Shown here: positions 49,523 to 62,100 of the stretch, in pieces | How positions within the stretch are numbered: position 1 is the first letter of the stretch | Layout: every line of letters starts with the position of its first letter | DNA from: Botryllus schlosseri | Taxonomy: Eukaryota | Assembly: GCA_051294905.1 (NCBI GenBank) | Contig: CM119376.1 | Coordinates: 29,636,001-29,700,000, forward strand | DNA length: 64,000 nucleotides | Direction of reading: 5' to 3' | Program-made: the position numbers and the translations under genes | The notes under the pieces: model-generated | Seen by the model: the letters and a program-made list of their open reading frames with translations, nothing else | What the model was told of the DNA's origin: nothing | Databases searched by the model: none

Positions 49523-50619
49523 GACTCGATATTTCCTTACAAGCAGTGTTTAATTTCGTTGTTTCGAACGCAAATATATGAGCGGTGGAGATTTTGTATG
49601 TTTGGAAGATTTCACGGCCGCTGAACCTCGAATGTACGATCGATGTGTGACAATATTTCGTCCTGACTTGTCACGAAGAATTGATTTATCAACGATAATT
49701 ATAGTTTCGATAATATTTTCCACTGCGGAAGCCTTGTGACCTCGATAGATCGTATCGCAGCATACGAAACAAGCTACGCACGGTAATGGAAATGATATAT
49801 CTGCGAAGTCGTGGTCGACCAACAGCATTGTCACAAAGCGCAATGGAATAAACATGGCCGAAATATACTAAATTATCTTCAATTTGATGTAGAACTCAAA
49901 TTATTTTCTTTGTGGTTGCATAAAAGGTACACATCTGAACTTTCCACGTCATTCTAAATGTTATGACTTCATAATGAGTATGATACCCACTCGACGCCTA
50001 ATACTCCATTCAGATTTTGCTCAAATCTGGTCATAAAATGTGTTCAGGTTTATATTCCAATGATATTAAATGGAGTTTCCATACAGTTCTGATGTATAAA
50101 TTCCACCCTTAGTGCCATATATCAAGGTGGGTTGCCTAATCATCAACGTACGTTAATATAATAAACGCTCACAACTGAAACGGGATAAGAATTACCACAC
50201 AGACGACATGAACGTATTCAAGCTGCGCACGTGACACTTTTCAAGGATAGTAACCTTGTTATTGCAAGAATGGCGTGGCTTAATTGGCAATCTGTTGATT
50301 GCTATTTCGCGCGTTAGAATTCAGGCTTTACCTATAGATAGAAATCTCGGTCAGTCCTGTGTATTGGAAGCGAGTGTTCAGTGCTAGCAGATGTAAGCCG
50401 TTAAGTCAATGAAAATGTTCCGATCAGGTGTGTGTGGGTGAATTATGGAGTTCTGCTGACTACTAACGGCGCACTGAGTGAATACCATGGAGTTATCCGG
50501 CGTTGCAATTTCTCTATAGCTTTTGTAATGAGATTTTAGTTTTCGGTTAAGTTATAAAGTGCAAAGGATCATCATAGAAACTTTTTATCGGCAGCTACAA
50601 GTTTCGAAAGAAGCGGAAC

Positions 50620-53600
50620 ATGGGTAAGTTCGTCGCTATCGACATTTATCTCCAACATCAACTTTCACCATATATTCTAATTCTAATCTGAATACTGGTT
50701 TTCGTGAAAATGCTGCGGCAGAACTGTATCCAATAGTGCATAATGAGCCAAGGTTGGTGTACATACATTTGTCATTCTCGTGCTGATAAGAACAAACTCC
50801 GCTTTGATACGATCTGAACTCGATTTTTGCTGTATTTATTTATAATTCGGAGTGCAACTGAATTTTCAAGTTTGTGTGGATTCAGTAATTCTCGTTCTAA
50901 TGTAATCTGGAAAAAACTACTTATCGTAGCTATAATTCTAATCCTGTTCTAATTTTGAATGGCTGAAATTTCCTAGTGGTCCATAATTCTGATTCCAGGC
51001 GCTGCATGCGGTGGTATGCGATCGGCGGCTGATATCAGTTTGGACGAAGGTCTTGATAGGCTGGTGCCTGACCCTTCACAAAGCCCTCCGACTCGACCAG
51101 AAGGCGCTGAGAGTTCGCTTCGGGGCACGTTGTCATCCCAGCAGGAGTCGTTTGTAAACCAGGAGTGTCCAGAATCGGACGATCTTATTCCACACACTCC
51201 TTTGCCTATGCCGGACGCGCTGGCGCAAGGGGAAGCTACGAACCCGCAGGACTTGAAGATTTCAAATATAGATTCGCTCAAATTGAACGCCATGGCTGCT
51301 ACTCCAGCTTCTCCAAGCAGAAGAATGCGGGGGGTGTTTACAAGTAAGATCATTCACGGTTTACACATAAAAGCTGCGTATGGCTCGTTGCGATGTGTTT
51401 GGTGTGATTGGTTACCCAATAATATCGAGTCGATATCACACTTTGAAAAATATGTATCTGTAAAAATATGAGCAATTGCAGTGACATCACAGCATGATAG
51501 CAGCGAGTCCAAACTATAATTTGCGACCGCTGCACTGGAAATATTGACCAATTTATTATAGCTCGCTACTTACGCTTTGACTTGAGCATCTTAAGGGAAC
51601 AATACTCGCTTTATATAATCTGAATTTTGAAAATTGAAAGATTGTTCTTAGACGGGGGTCGCCAACTCAAAACGGTCGAGGCCCACTGAAAAGAAGTTAT
51701 ATTTCATTTTGAAGAAATACAAATACAGCTAAATTATCATGATCATCAACGCTTTTCAGCGACTAAGGAATCAATATTGGGAGTAACGAGAAACGGTATA
51801 CTTGCTAAAAGACATCTCGTAAAGCTTGATCTTGTGGGCTGCCCTAAGCTGGTTTAGGGTGCGGCAGTTGCGGCCATGGATGTAGTTAATGTCTGCATTT
51901 TCATTTTGCAAGGGTTACTGTCTTGCGGTCGAGGGTCAAGTGAATTCGACTTGGACAACGATAGACGGGTTTACCTTCTTTGTTACGACCCCAAAAGAAG
52001 GCGGTGTTTGAAACGTAAGTTTGAAACTGGCGACCGCAAAGAGATCTGATCCTATAGCGTCAAGAATTTATCATATCATATATAGGGCTGGGCACAATGA
52101 TTCGAGTACTCGAATCTCAATCGAGTATTAATTTTAATGATTCGAGTCGAGTAGTAAAAGACGATATTTTCGAGTACTGAAATTATACGCTCCTCGCCAC
52201 TGAAAGTTGATTTATCAACAAGGAGTTTATCAACGATGAACGAGTTTATACTAATTTCACTGTTGAAGCCTTGAAACCTTGATCGGGCGTATCGTAGCAT
52301 ACGAAACATGAAGTACAAAGCTGCGAACGTTACTTTAAATAGCACATTTCCGAAGTCATGATCATCCCGCAATATTGTCACCAAGTGCAATGAAATCGGT
52401 ATGGTCGAAAAAAATACAAAAGTATGTTTGATGTGATGGATGACAGGTATTATATTCTATGTGGTCGTTTAAAAGGTACATATTTGAACTGTGACAAATA
52501 ATATTCTGCTATGACGTCATAATGAGTGATACTCGATTACTCGACTCGAAGCATTTTACGTGATTCAGAATCGAATCACTCAGGTACTCGATTTTGCCCA
52601 GCCCTAACATATAGTGACTTATTTTGAGTAAATGCAGTTGTTGTTTTGGTTCATATGTTACTACGGTATCAGCACTGCGTACTTTGACCGGATTATTATT
52701 GTCTGCTACTGACACTGTCAACATTAGTAGGCGTTGTCTTCATTTAGTGATCTCTTGCATGAACTTCTTCTCATATTCTTTTCTTTGCTCTTTTCCTGCC
52801 TGATTGAGGACAGAAATTGATTTTCTTTACATTTCAAGTATTTACGAGTGACCCCGGACTTGTAAACTTTAGTCATATCAGTTCTCCCTGTCAGTAGCAT
52901 CTGATGTCAGTTTGGCAATTGAAAACTTATCTGATTTCTGGATTTGTGTGGTTATTGCCTTCTGTATTTCATTACTAACGAAAGAAATCTTCGACTCTTT
53001 TGGCTGCAGGGACGATCAGACATTTCTGGCCCGAATTGAAGGTCTTGAAATGGCCCGCGAGCGACAAAGGGGAAGTGGATTCTTTGTACTTTGCTCTGAA
53101 ACGGATCATAGAAATGCAAAACCATCCGGAGTATCATCCTATGGATTTGACTCGATACCTGGTCTTCTGCGGTGTTTTTTCGTGTGAGTACTCTTTTTAG
53201 AGGTGGTCGTTAATTGAGGTAGGTTTTACCTATACAGTACATCCATCATTCATCCCTGTACTGGTCATCTTTTTAGACTGCTGCCGCTTTTTTTTCGGCA
53301 ATGCTATGTATTTTGAACAGCAGAGGGGTTTGCATCAATTTTATGTACAAAATCGTCGTGAGAGCATCGTTAAATAGCCGTCACAGTAACTGCTGAAAGT
53401 ATTCTCGAAGATTTCACCTATTTGTAGCTGTATCGGCATTGGTTATTTTGCGTGAGGCGCGAAGATGTATCTTGCAACTAGCCACCCACCACCTCAGATT
53501 AACTGCAAAAAACGTGCGACCCCTCGACCAAATCTACTTTTAAAGCTACTTACTGGATATCTGTTGAGACCTTCCTTTCTGCTTTCACTTGAAGATATGT

Positions 53601-56600
53601 CTTAGAAAAAGTAGAACTTTCGAGAGTTCAATCAAATTTGAGAATTTTCATTCTCCATTTTGTGCTTCCAATTGAACGAAAATCAAATTGAAACAAACTT
53701 GGCCCGTTTGTAAAACATGTTTTCTATTGTTTTATTTATTAACCATGACGTCTCGAGTATTCAAATTGTGACGTCGCAGTTTAGCAACATTGACAATTGA
53801 AAATATTGGGTAAAGATGACTACTTTGGCGAAAAAGGCTTCAGACTCGCGTCTTGAACGTAACAAAAATATATCTTTGCACCATTCCAAATCGTATACGT
53901 CCACTATATTGGGCGCAAATCGTCCGCAGGTTCACACCACATATCCTTAGAAGATATTAGTAGGTTACCATATTTTGGAATCGGGAAAGGAGGACACTTT
54001 TATCAAATCAGAAAAGTCAAGTTTGTTGAAATTGAAAACGGCCGATTTTGAAATATCTACTGGAAATCCTGTAGTGTCGACTAAAAAGACATCACTCTGG
54101 CTCGACTTCCGAAGCACCCACTTTTTACATATATAGTTCTGTGATGTTGACTTGAAGAAAAACGAGGCATTTTGCCGACTCTTGAAATACCCGCTTTCAC
54201 ATCATATCATAATATAATTATCAATGTTGACAAATTCATTTTTCAAGTTTGACTCCCGCGTAATCCGTCGTCTATCTTTTAGGCCGAATTCTAACGTCTT
54301 CCGTGGTCTTTGTGGACATTTTAGGCTAAAAAGAGGGCAAATTGTCAAAAAGTAGGACGTTTGGGCGAAAGGAGGACATTTATTCAAAAACGACAAATCG
54401 GGGGACGTATGGTGACCGTAATATTAGACAATTGTTTTGTAATTATACAATTGAAAAAGTTTTATTTTTCAAAACGACTTTTTTTAAAACACTGTTTTAA
54501 ACATGTTTTGAACAAACTACACTACATAGCAAGCAACATATCTTAGTGGCATTGGTGCACTCAATCGCCTGGTTCCAATGTCACTTCTCCTACCTGTTTA
54601 TCATGCACGCGTCCGTTGGCATCTTACATGTGGAATAACAGTGTGGGGCTGCTCTTACAAGAAGCATATCAACAAGCACCAGGTATTACAAAACAAAGCC
54701 ATTAGGATTATATCCAATATACCTGCCGTAGTAGTGTCAGTCCGGAATTTAGAAAATTATGCATTCTCAAGGTCTCGGATTTGTATGAATTTGAAATTGT
54801 AAAAATCCTGAAGCAGCAATGTAATGAGAGAACATTACCTGACTATTTCGATAATTTTTTTCAATGCCCCAATTCAATTCATCATTAACACACGAGATTC
54901 TCACAGAATTTTGGAACAACTTACCAACTATTAACCGTACTCTTCCTTATTAGTTTGAAGCTCGCTATTGCAAATTTATCTTATCTAAGTACTTGAAAGA
55001 ATATATTTCGTGACCACAGTGATGAAAGAATATCTCATAACCACAGTGATGTATTTTGAAAAAGGTGTACTGTTTTGTTTCATTTTTTATGCTACAGTAA
55101 TATTACCTCTGTGTACATGGGTCAAATAGTTACTTTCTGATGACACTGTCAACAACGAAAACCGTTTTCACTAGTGTTGCTGTCTTCTGTTTACTTTTAT
55201 TTATTTCGTTACTCGTTGCTGTGCTACTCGACTGAGAGAAAAAATTGATTCATATTATGATTAACCGTGTAGAATATAATTTAGGAAAATATATAAAAAA
55301 AGATATGTACTATTTGACGTGAATGTTTGTGTACATTGCCTTTGCTATATTTCATGGTTGACGAAGAAAAGAATTCTCTCTCTCGCCATTTGTTTTGGCC
55401 CGTCTTGGAAATCTCTCCTTAAAATTAATTGAATATGGAAGACGTTATTTCTACTTCACGTAAATTCTACTTTAGCAGGAACGCTGACTACTTCCATCTC
55501 TGGTTCTTTTATTGCACCGTGTTTGGTAGATAAAAGTTTTAGCGACTTGCTGATTACCGGAATGAATTCTCCTTGCTTGGTTTCATCTCTACAGCTTTCG
55601 GGTGCCCTTCGACTATCCAGGAGATGAAGATCAAGATCGAGTGGGAAATTGGTCAGATCGTTGATATGGCGGACGCTATCAACCCCGCCACACAGAAGAT
55701 CATGGTTTTCGAGGTACGAGGCTGCTAATTTAGATCAATGTGCTTGCATGGCTTTCAAGTCATGTTGGAGTGTAGGAAAAGATATACCGCCCATAAAGAA
55801 GTAGTCAGTAACGAGGTACTTCTACTTCTCGAAGTAATTCACTTCCTCATGTGGTTATGATTTTAGACTACTACTTCTATTTGTGAATCTCTACTCGGGT
55901 GTAAATTTATGGAATCACTTGTAGTTCTACTTGAGCACCGTCGGTGACTACTTCAAGACCAAATCTGCTTGTAATTGAATATAAGTTTATGGCATTAAAC
56001 TTCTGCTTCTATTAGATCATAAACCAATACTAGTTTGACAACCTCTGTTCTCAGGTACCAGAGGAGTTTGAAATAGAGTCTGGTTCGAGACCGAACGACA
56101 AAGCAACCGTCATTATCGTGTCCACTAAGGACGGAGACGATTACACGCGTATGTTCAGCGAGTTGACAAGCTTCGGAATCAAGGGAAAGCGTAACGAGGT
56201 GCCTGGTTCCGTAACTCACGACTTGACAGCTGCTTCAAATTAGGGTTGGGCACAATGATCATAGTATTCGGAACTGAATCTAGTATCCCTTATGATGACT
56301 GAAGTCGACTAGTGGGAGATGTTTTGAGTACTGAAATGGTACGGTCCGTGTCACTAAGAGTTAATTTATCAAGGATAACTATATAGCTTCAATATCAATT
56401 TTACTGCTGAAAAAAAAGCATCGATTGGTCGTGTTGCAGCTTACCAAACATGTAGAACAAAGCTACGCACGTTGATGACATATGTGTGAAGTCAGGCATG
56501 GTCGAAAGAATATAGCAAATAATCTTTGATGTGATGTAGAAAGAACTGGTATTATATTCTTTCTGGTAGCATAAATGGTGCATATTTGACCTTTTCCACG

Positions 56601-57308
56601 TCATGAGTGATCCTAGAATACTAGACGAATAATGCTCGATTCAGAATCGAATCACTCGGGTACTCTATTTTTCCTGGTCCTACTAGGAACCAAACTCGGA
56701 CAACAAGTTAATTCTAGTTCTATCACTAATTTGAGCGTAATGCTGGTCATTTGTTTTGTGAACTGATTTTTCAAATGTGCTATGCCCTCAGTTCAATTTT
56801 AATCTATTCTCTGCGTGTTTTCCGGATAATGATGCAGGAGAAATGTATCGTGTGAAATGAGCCAAACTTGGTGTAGGGTCGTTAGAAAATAACTCTTCAT
56901 TCAGATTCCGGCAATTCACTGAATAAATTGTTAGGTTGCCTAAAATCACGCTGACCGCCAAATTTGGTTCAATTCCAACTGGTAGATGTGACGGCACAAG
57001 GGTTTGAAAATTCCGAATCCGAGAAAAAGATATTATTTTTGAACAACCCTAGCGTACAGACGAAATTTGTCATTCTCGTGCTCGTGCTCGTGCTAATTGC
57101 TATCCATTATGAAAATACACCAACTATGATTCTAATTCTAATATGATGTGGTAAAGCTGAAAATTTTCTGGTTGTCCAACCCTGCTTAGAACTTCTTACT
57201 TTGACAGATTATCCGAGCGGCAGCCGGCGCACCATGCGGAGAAGAACGAGTACAGGAAACCACACCCGAGAGTCCGCGCCGTGCGACGTTATGATGGAAT
57301 TTATGTAG
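50620..57308 (+). CDS. Uncharacterised 326-aa protein, Met-Gly start, putative caspase-fold pseudo-protease (paralog A)
   Basis: Exons: 50620-50623 (ATGG|GTAAGT), 50999-51343, 51913-52014, 53010-53183, 55595-55713, 56055-56190, 57208-57308; sum 981 nt, phases consistent. N-terminus MGAACGG plus a Ser/Pro-rich region; core ...KWPA..EVDSLYFALKRII...YLVFCGVFS|SFG...KIMVFE|VPEE...ATVIIVSTKDG. Homologous to the next gene, with three shared intron positions and phases in the core. The fold call is inference. Confidence 0.7.
52083..52606. mobile_element. hAT-like MITE with TAGGGCTGGGCA TIRs
   Basis: Termini TAGGGCTGGGCACAA / TTTTGCCCAGCCCTA; conserved core GCATTGTCACAAAGTGCAATGAAAT...AAAAGGTACATATTTGA. 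Related copies: ~3830-4250, 5520-6010, 15270-15680, 22500-22930, 46520-46640, 49550-49990, 56240-56680. Confidence 0.75.
53961..54420. mobile_element. hAT-like MITE with TAGG(G)TTACCATA TIRs and AGGAGGACA motifs
   Basis: Termini TAGGTTACCATA / TATGGTGACCGTA. Related copies or fragments: ~805-960, 2800-2881, 18292-18597, 29110-29160, 44700-44917, 58200-58570, 59270-59585. Confidence 0.7.
54540..54960 (+). mobile_element. 5'-truncated, decayed LINE (CR1/L2 group) ORF2 C-terminal tail
   Basis: RLVP.....YHA....HLTCGITVWGCSYKKHINKHQVLQNKAIRII, then after a frameshift ILKVSDLYEFEIVK...LPDYFDNFF...NSIHH*HTR; typical post-RT tail of CR1/L2-like elements. Confidence 0.75.
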
Positions 57309-59156
57309 CATTTTATAAGTTCTACAATAATGAGATAATCATCGAAAATTGTTTTGTTTATGCGGTAGTTCGGCGGCGGAGGTAGGCAACAGTGCGATGC
57401 TACATTAGGGTTGCATTTAAAACACTTCGTTTAAAACATGTTATATACAGTGATATAGAAGATGCCATTTTAAAACAAATGTTGTATAATTATGCAGTAG
57501 TTGAGTAAATACTTTCGAGAAAACATGCGAGAGCCTGAACGATTTGCACCCGATATAGTCGACGTACACGAAATGTACTGGTCAAAGGAGCCGTATTTAC
57601 CGTCGATTTTCAATTGCCAATGTCACTCACTTCACTGCGACGTCACAATTTCAAGACTCGTGACATTTGGCTTGAAGAAAACATGTTTTGAAATCTGGCC
57701 CTCTTGTCACGTTTCAAACATATGTTAGTTCTATATTGATTTTTGTTTTGAATGCAACCCTAATGATAGTTGATCAAAGTAGTCAGCGTTTTGGTGCTCC
57801 AGACGAACAACGCCTTAAATTTCTACTTGATTTCCATGTCATGTGGAAACTGCACCTCGGGTAGAGGTAAAAAGCGCAAGGTATGGAAAGTACTCGTGTA
57901 GTTTGAAAAATAAGTCCGCTAGAGTGTCGTGAAAAAGTAGAAGTTGCTATCAGGTTACCATTAAAGTAGCGACTTCCCAGACCCGTGAAAACTGCTAACG
58001 TGAAGTTGTGAAGATGTGTAGTTTAAAAAAGTAGATTTGATCGAATGGGGCAGTTGAACCGCAGGCGGAGACTTCAGAAATGCGGGATGTATATTCGCGT
58101 ATAACGCAAAACGGCTATTGACACTGCGAATAGGTAGAATTTTCAAATTGTTGTGATGCTAGGTTACCGATTATTTCACGCGGTGCCGATGACACTTTCA
58201 CTCATTAGCGTGATGCATGGTGATCTAAGGATAACATACGTCCCCCTTTAGGAGGATTTGCTCTCCAATTTCAAGAAATCGAAAATGTCCTCCGAGGACG
58301 CCGAAATGCTCCCCTTTTCGGCAATTCTTCCTCCTTCATACCTTGGCAGACAGGCGATTGTAAAGGCACAATTAAAAAACGCCATAAATGACGCGAAATC
58401 TGGATTTCAACGTAAGTGAGACTAATAAAAACGTTGTGTCTTGCGGGAGTATTTGTGTTTTTTAGTCAACACAAAAGTATTTCTTGTGAAAATTTTCAAA
58501 TGAACCGTTATTCTGGGATTTGTACAAAGTGCTCTTTTCCGGATATCAAAATATGGTATCCATATGGTGACTGAAACATCCAGGTTGTCTTCCACAGAGT
58601 CCTACTCGTAAATCAGCAACGTACTGTAAGTACTATACGCGCGATACTAAAGGATCGGACTACTCAAGTCGTAACCTGCCGTATGAAGGTAGCTTTGTTT
58701 GTTAAAGGCACGCGCGAAAGCTGGTATTGTCGCGATGACAATAGTTCTTGTTATTACCGCCACGCTTGAGCAAACACAAGTGTCCCTCGCGTAATAGTTG
58801 AACAAGGCTTGACACGATGTCAGAAACGGGTTATCGACTAGTCATCAGCTGACATTTCACAGAAAGTTAGATAGCCTATCTAGTGGTACGGTATATAATA
58901 CTTTGTTGTATCGTTAGGAATGATATGCGCACACAAAATACTCGGTAAAGCTGGCATAAAGCGCCGAGTTTTCGGGTGGTGATTCTTGAAGTAGTTTTAC
59001 TGGTAAATCTATTGTATTTCTCCTCAGGTTATCCTTTGTTATGTAATAGTCAGTACATTTGAGACGTTATGCAACTATGTCTCGATATCACGTGCCGTCG
59101 TTGGTGAAAAGCTAGATTCGATTGACTTTGGTACATTGGTAGCAATCACAGTCGCG

Positions 59157-62100
59157 ATGGGTAAGTTCCTCATCGCATATTCTAGCTCTAGTTTCAATTT
59201 GTATCATCAATTTCGGTTCTACCCTCGCTTACAATTTCGTTCATGGCTAGTTGTGAGGCAATTAGCTGATTTAGGATTACGATACGTCTTCATTTGGGAG
59301 GATTTGTCCTCGTTTTCAAGAAATCTCAAATGTGGTCCGAGGACTGCCAAATTATTTCCTTTTTCACAATTCGTCCTCCTTTATAGCTTTGGGAGTCCGG
59401 CGATCGTACAGATATTACTAGAAATGCGGGAGTAAAGTCAGAAAATTGGATTATCAATTTATTTTAGTCAACCCATCAATATTATCAGTAAAGTTTCCGG
59501 TATTATTGAAGAATGAAAACCTCATATTTTGTAACTTGTAGAAAGTGCGTCCTCTTTTTCGGATCTCAAAATATGGTAACGCTAGCTAATTGTGTTGCAT
59601 GTACGTACGTATAAGCGCTATATTAAATCGGTTACTTCGAGCAGAGTTGGTCAATTATAGAAAATGTTAATCTTTTCCGAACTATAGATTAAAATCAAAA
59701 TAATAGCTGCACAGTGATCACCAAATTATATTAGAATAACCAAATTCGCTGAAACTTGGAAACTGAATTGAATCAGAGAGAAATACAACAAAAATCAAGT
59801 TCAGTCCTTAGCAAGTCACAGTTGATTCTCGCAGGCTTGAGAATGGAAAATGTATGTACACCGAGCTTGGCTCGTTTCGCACTATACATTTCCTCTGTAG
59901 CATTTTCAGGAACAGCACAATTTAAGATTGATGCATGTAAACATTTCACAGATTAGTTTTGAATTAGATTAGGCCTACCTTCATTTGGCTCTAGCAAGTC
60001 AACTTGGACACTTAGAATTCTCCAGTTGTCCATGCATGACCAGTTGTGTCGAATTCAACGATTGATATACTCAAATCTATCGCTGCTTCCACTTTTGCAG
60101 GTTCCGCTGCTTTCAAGCCGCCGGGAATACAAAACAAGATAGAGGAGGAGATACGTCACAGAGAGATTGAATCTAGAGAAGAATTCAATATTAATCTCGG
60201 GATTGGTAGTTCGAAGCCGTTCAACCTGGATAGAGAACTGCTAGGGGCTTTCAGGTGAGCTTAACGACTAGTCTAGATCGGTCTGATCTGAAAAATGGAG
60301 TATTTGAAAATTGGAGTATTTGGCTGTATTAAGCTACTAGTATTAAACAAACCTCTGTTTACCTTGATATTATATTAAACATATTAAAGGATGACCAATA
60401 TCTAGAGAGAGAATAACATGGTTATCTAGTGGACCACGACCTGACCTATCGATCTCGCCTTCCATGACATGCCACCCATTTTGTCGCTTGCTTTTTCTAT
60501 ACTATCTTCTTTTAGTTTTCATTCAGTGTGCATGCTTCCTCTTTACATCGCCTAGGCCAAGGTGGGTGTCTGATTTAATAGACTACTCCAAGTCGCTTCG
60601 ACACCTCCCTATCCTTTCATTGTATCGCATTTTTGTGGTGTATTGAACTGATAAAATTGCTAATAAATCAATTATGATGATGATGATAGTGATACGATAT
60701 AGAAATTCGTCAACTGTGCTTGTGATCTCAATCATAATTCACAGTAAACTGAATCCGCGGAGAAAAGACGACTACGATTTCGACCCTATAGTAGCCGTCG
60801 AAAAGGAACCGTTAAAGAAGCCAGCAACTCAAGACGGTCTTGTGATGATTTTCTGTGGAGACGATACCAAGAAACGAAACATAAAATGTGACTATTGCAT
60901 CTCGCTTATCATTTTGATGATTAAACGTGTCTGAAATGATCAGGTGGCCAAAGTAGTCATTATTGGTACTCACGCAGAAGTGACGACGACGTACATTTCT
61001 ACTCAAGTACAAGAAGAAGTAGTAATTTACAAGTATCGGCAATGTGAGCAATCGCATTTCGTTTAGTATTTTATTCGGTGATACGATTGTTGCTACCCAC
61101 TGTTCTTTCCAATCCTATATAGGCTACTATAGTCGCTGACGATTACACCTAATGAGTGTCAGCCGAAAATGTTCGGGTTTATTTCAAAAAGTATATACCA
61201 TGCAATTGTATATTGAAGTTCTCTACCACCAAGAAACTCTATGACTTTTGAAATTTTTGTTACAGGTGCCCTACAGAAATTGTGTAGAGATGCGGACGCG
61301 GTACGCTGGCCTAACTTCCAAATGGCTCGCGATCAAAATTCTCTCTATTTTGCGGTCAGACAGAGTATGTGCCGAAAGGTCGTCGGATACACCACGTTTT
61401 TTCTGTTCTATGGCGTTTTGTCAGGTGAGATGATTGAAGAAAAGTGTGTAGTAAAAATATGTTGGATGGATCACCGGTCTGCAGCAGACTCGGACAACTA
61501 GATAATAATAGTTGGCTAATTAGACTAATTCGAGCAAGAGGCCGGCAAATTTAATTGCTAATTTGTTAAATGTTTCTATTCTCTCATTTAAATTCTAATC
61601 TAATTGCTGGTTTTCCTGAAAATGTTGCAGAAGAACCGTATCGTGCGAAACGAGCCTAGTTTGGCGTACACTGTACAGACATTTGCCATTCTCGTGCCTA
61701 AGAGAATATATTGTGATTTGCCTATGACGTGAACTTGATCTTATTGTATTTCTTTCTGATTACAAATTTAATCCAAGTAAAAAACGAGCCAAGCTTGGTG
61801 TACGTACGTCAATCATTCTCATGGTTATGGGAATGCACTGTGATTTAATATGAACTGATTTTGCTGTATTTATTTCCCATTCACAATTTCATTCAATTTC
61901 CAAGTTTTTGCGAATTCAGTAATTCTAATCTAATTTGAAAAAAACTGTGCAGCTATAATTCTAATCTAATTTGGAAAAAGCCGTGTAGCTCTAATGCTAA
62001 TCTAATTTGGATTTTCTAGTCCAATTCTGGCCTGCAGATAATAACATGAGGGAATATAGATTGTGAGATAGTCGAATCACAGGGAAACGCAATCGTTTTT

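Noticed and set aside
56055-56190. NYN/PIN nuclease resemblance of ATVIIVSTKDGDDY (cf. MARF1 ATVVLVSTD)
   Set aside because: Only a short strand matches, there is no N-terminal DxEN motif, and paralog B lacks the acidic residues; the caspase-like match is longer.
55595-57294. Paralog A model skipping exon 56055-56190 (276 aa, stop at 57294)
   Set aside because: In frame, but the skipped exon is homologous to paralog B's last exon (VPE..., I.V(S/T)), so inclusion is preferred.
60101-60254. SET-domain/Rubisco-LSMT-like segment (NLDRELLGAFR)
   Set aside because: Superficial; no SET motifs in the spliced protein, and downstream exons match paralog A instead.
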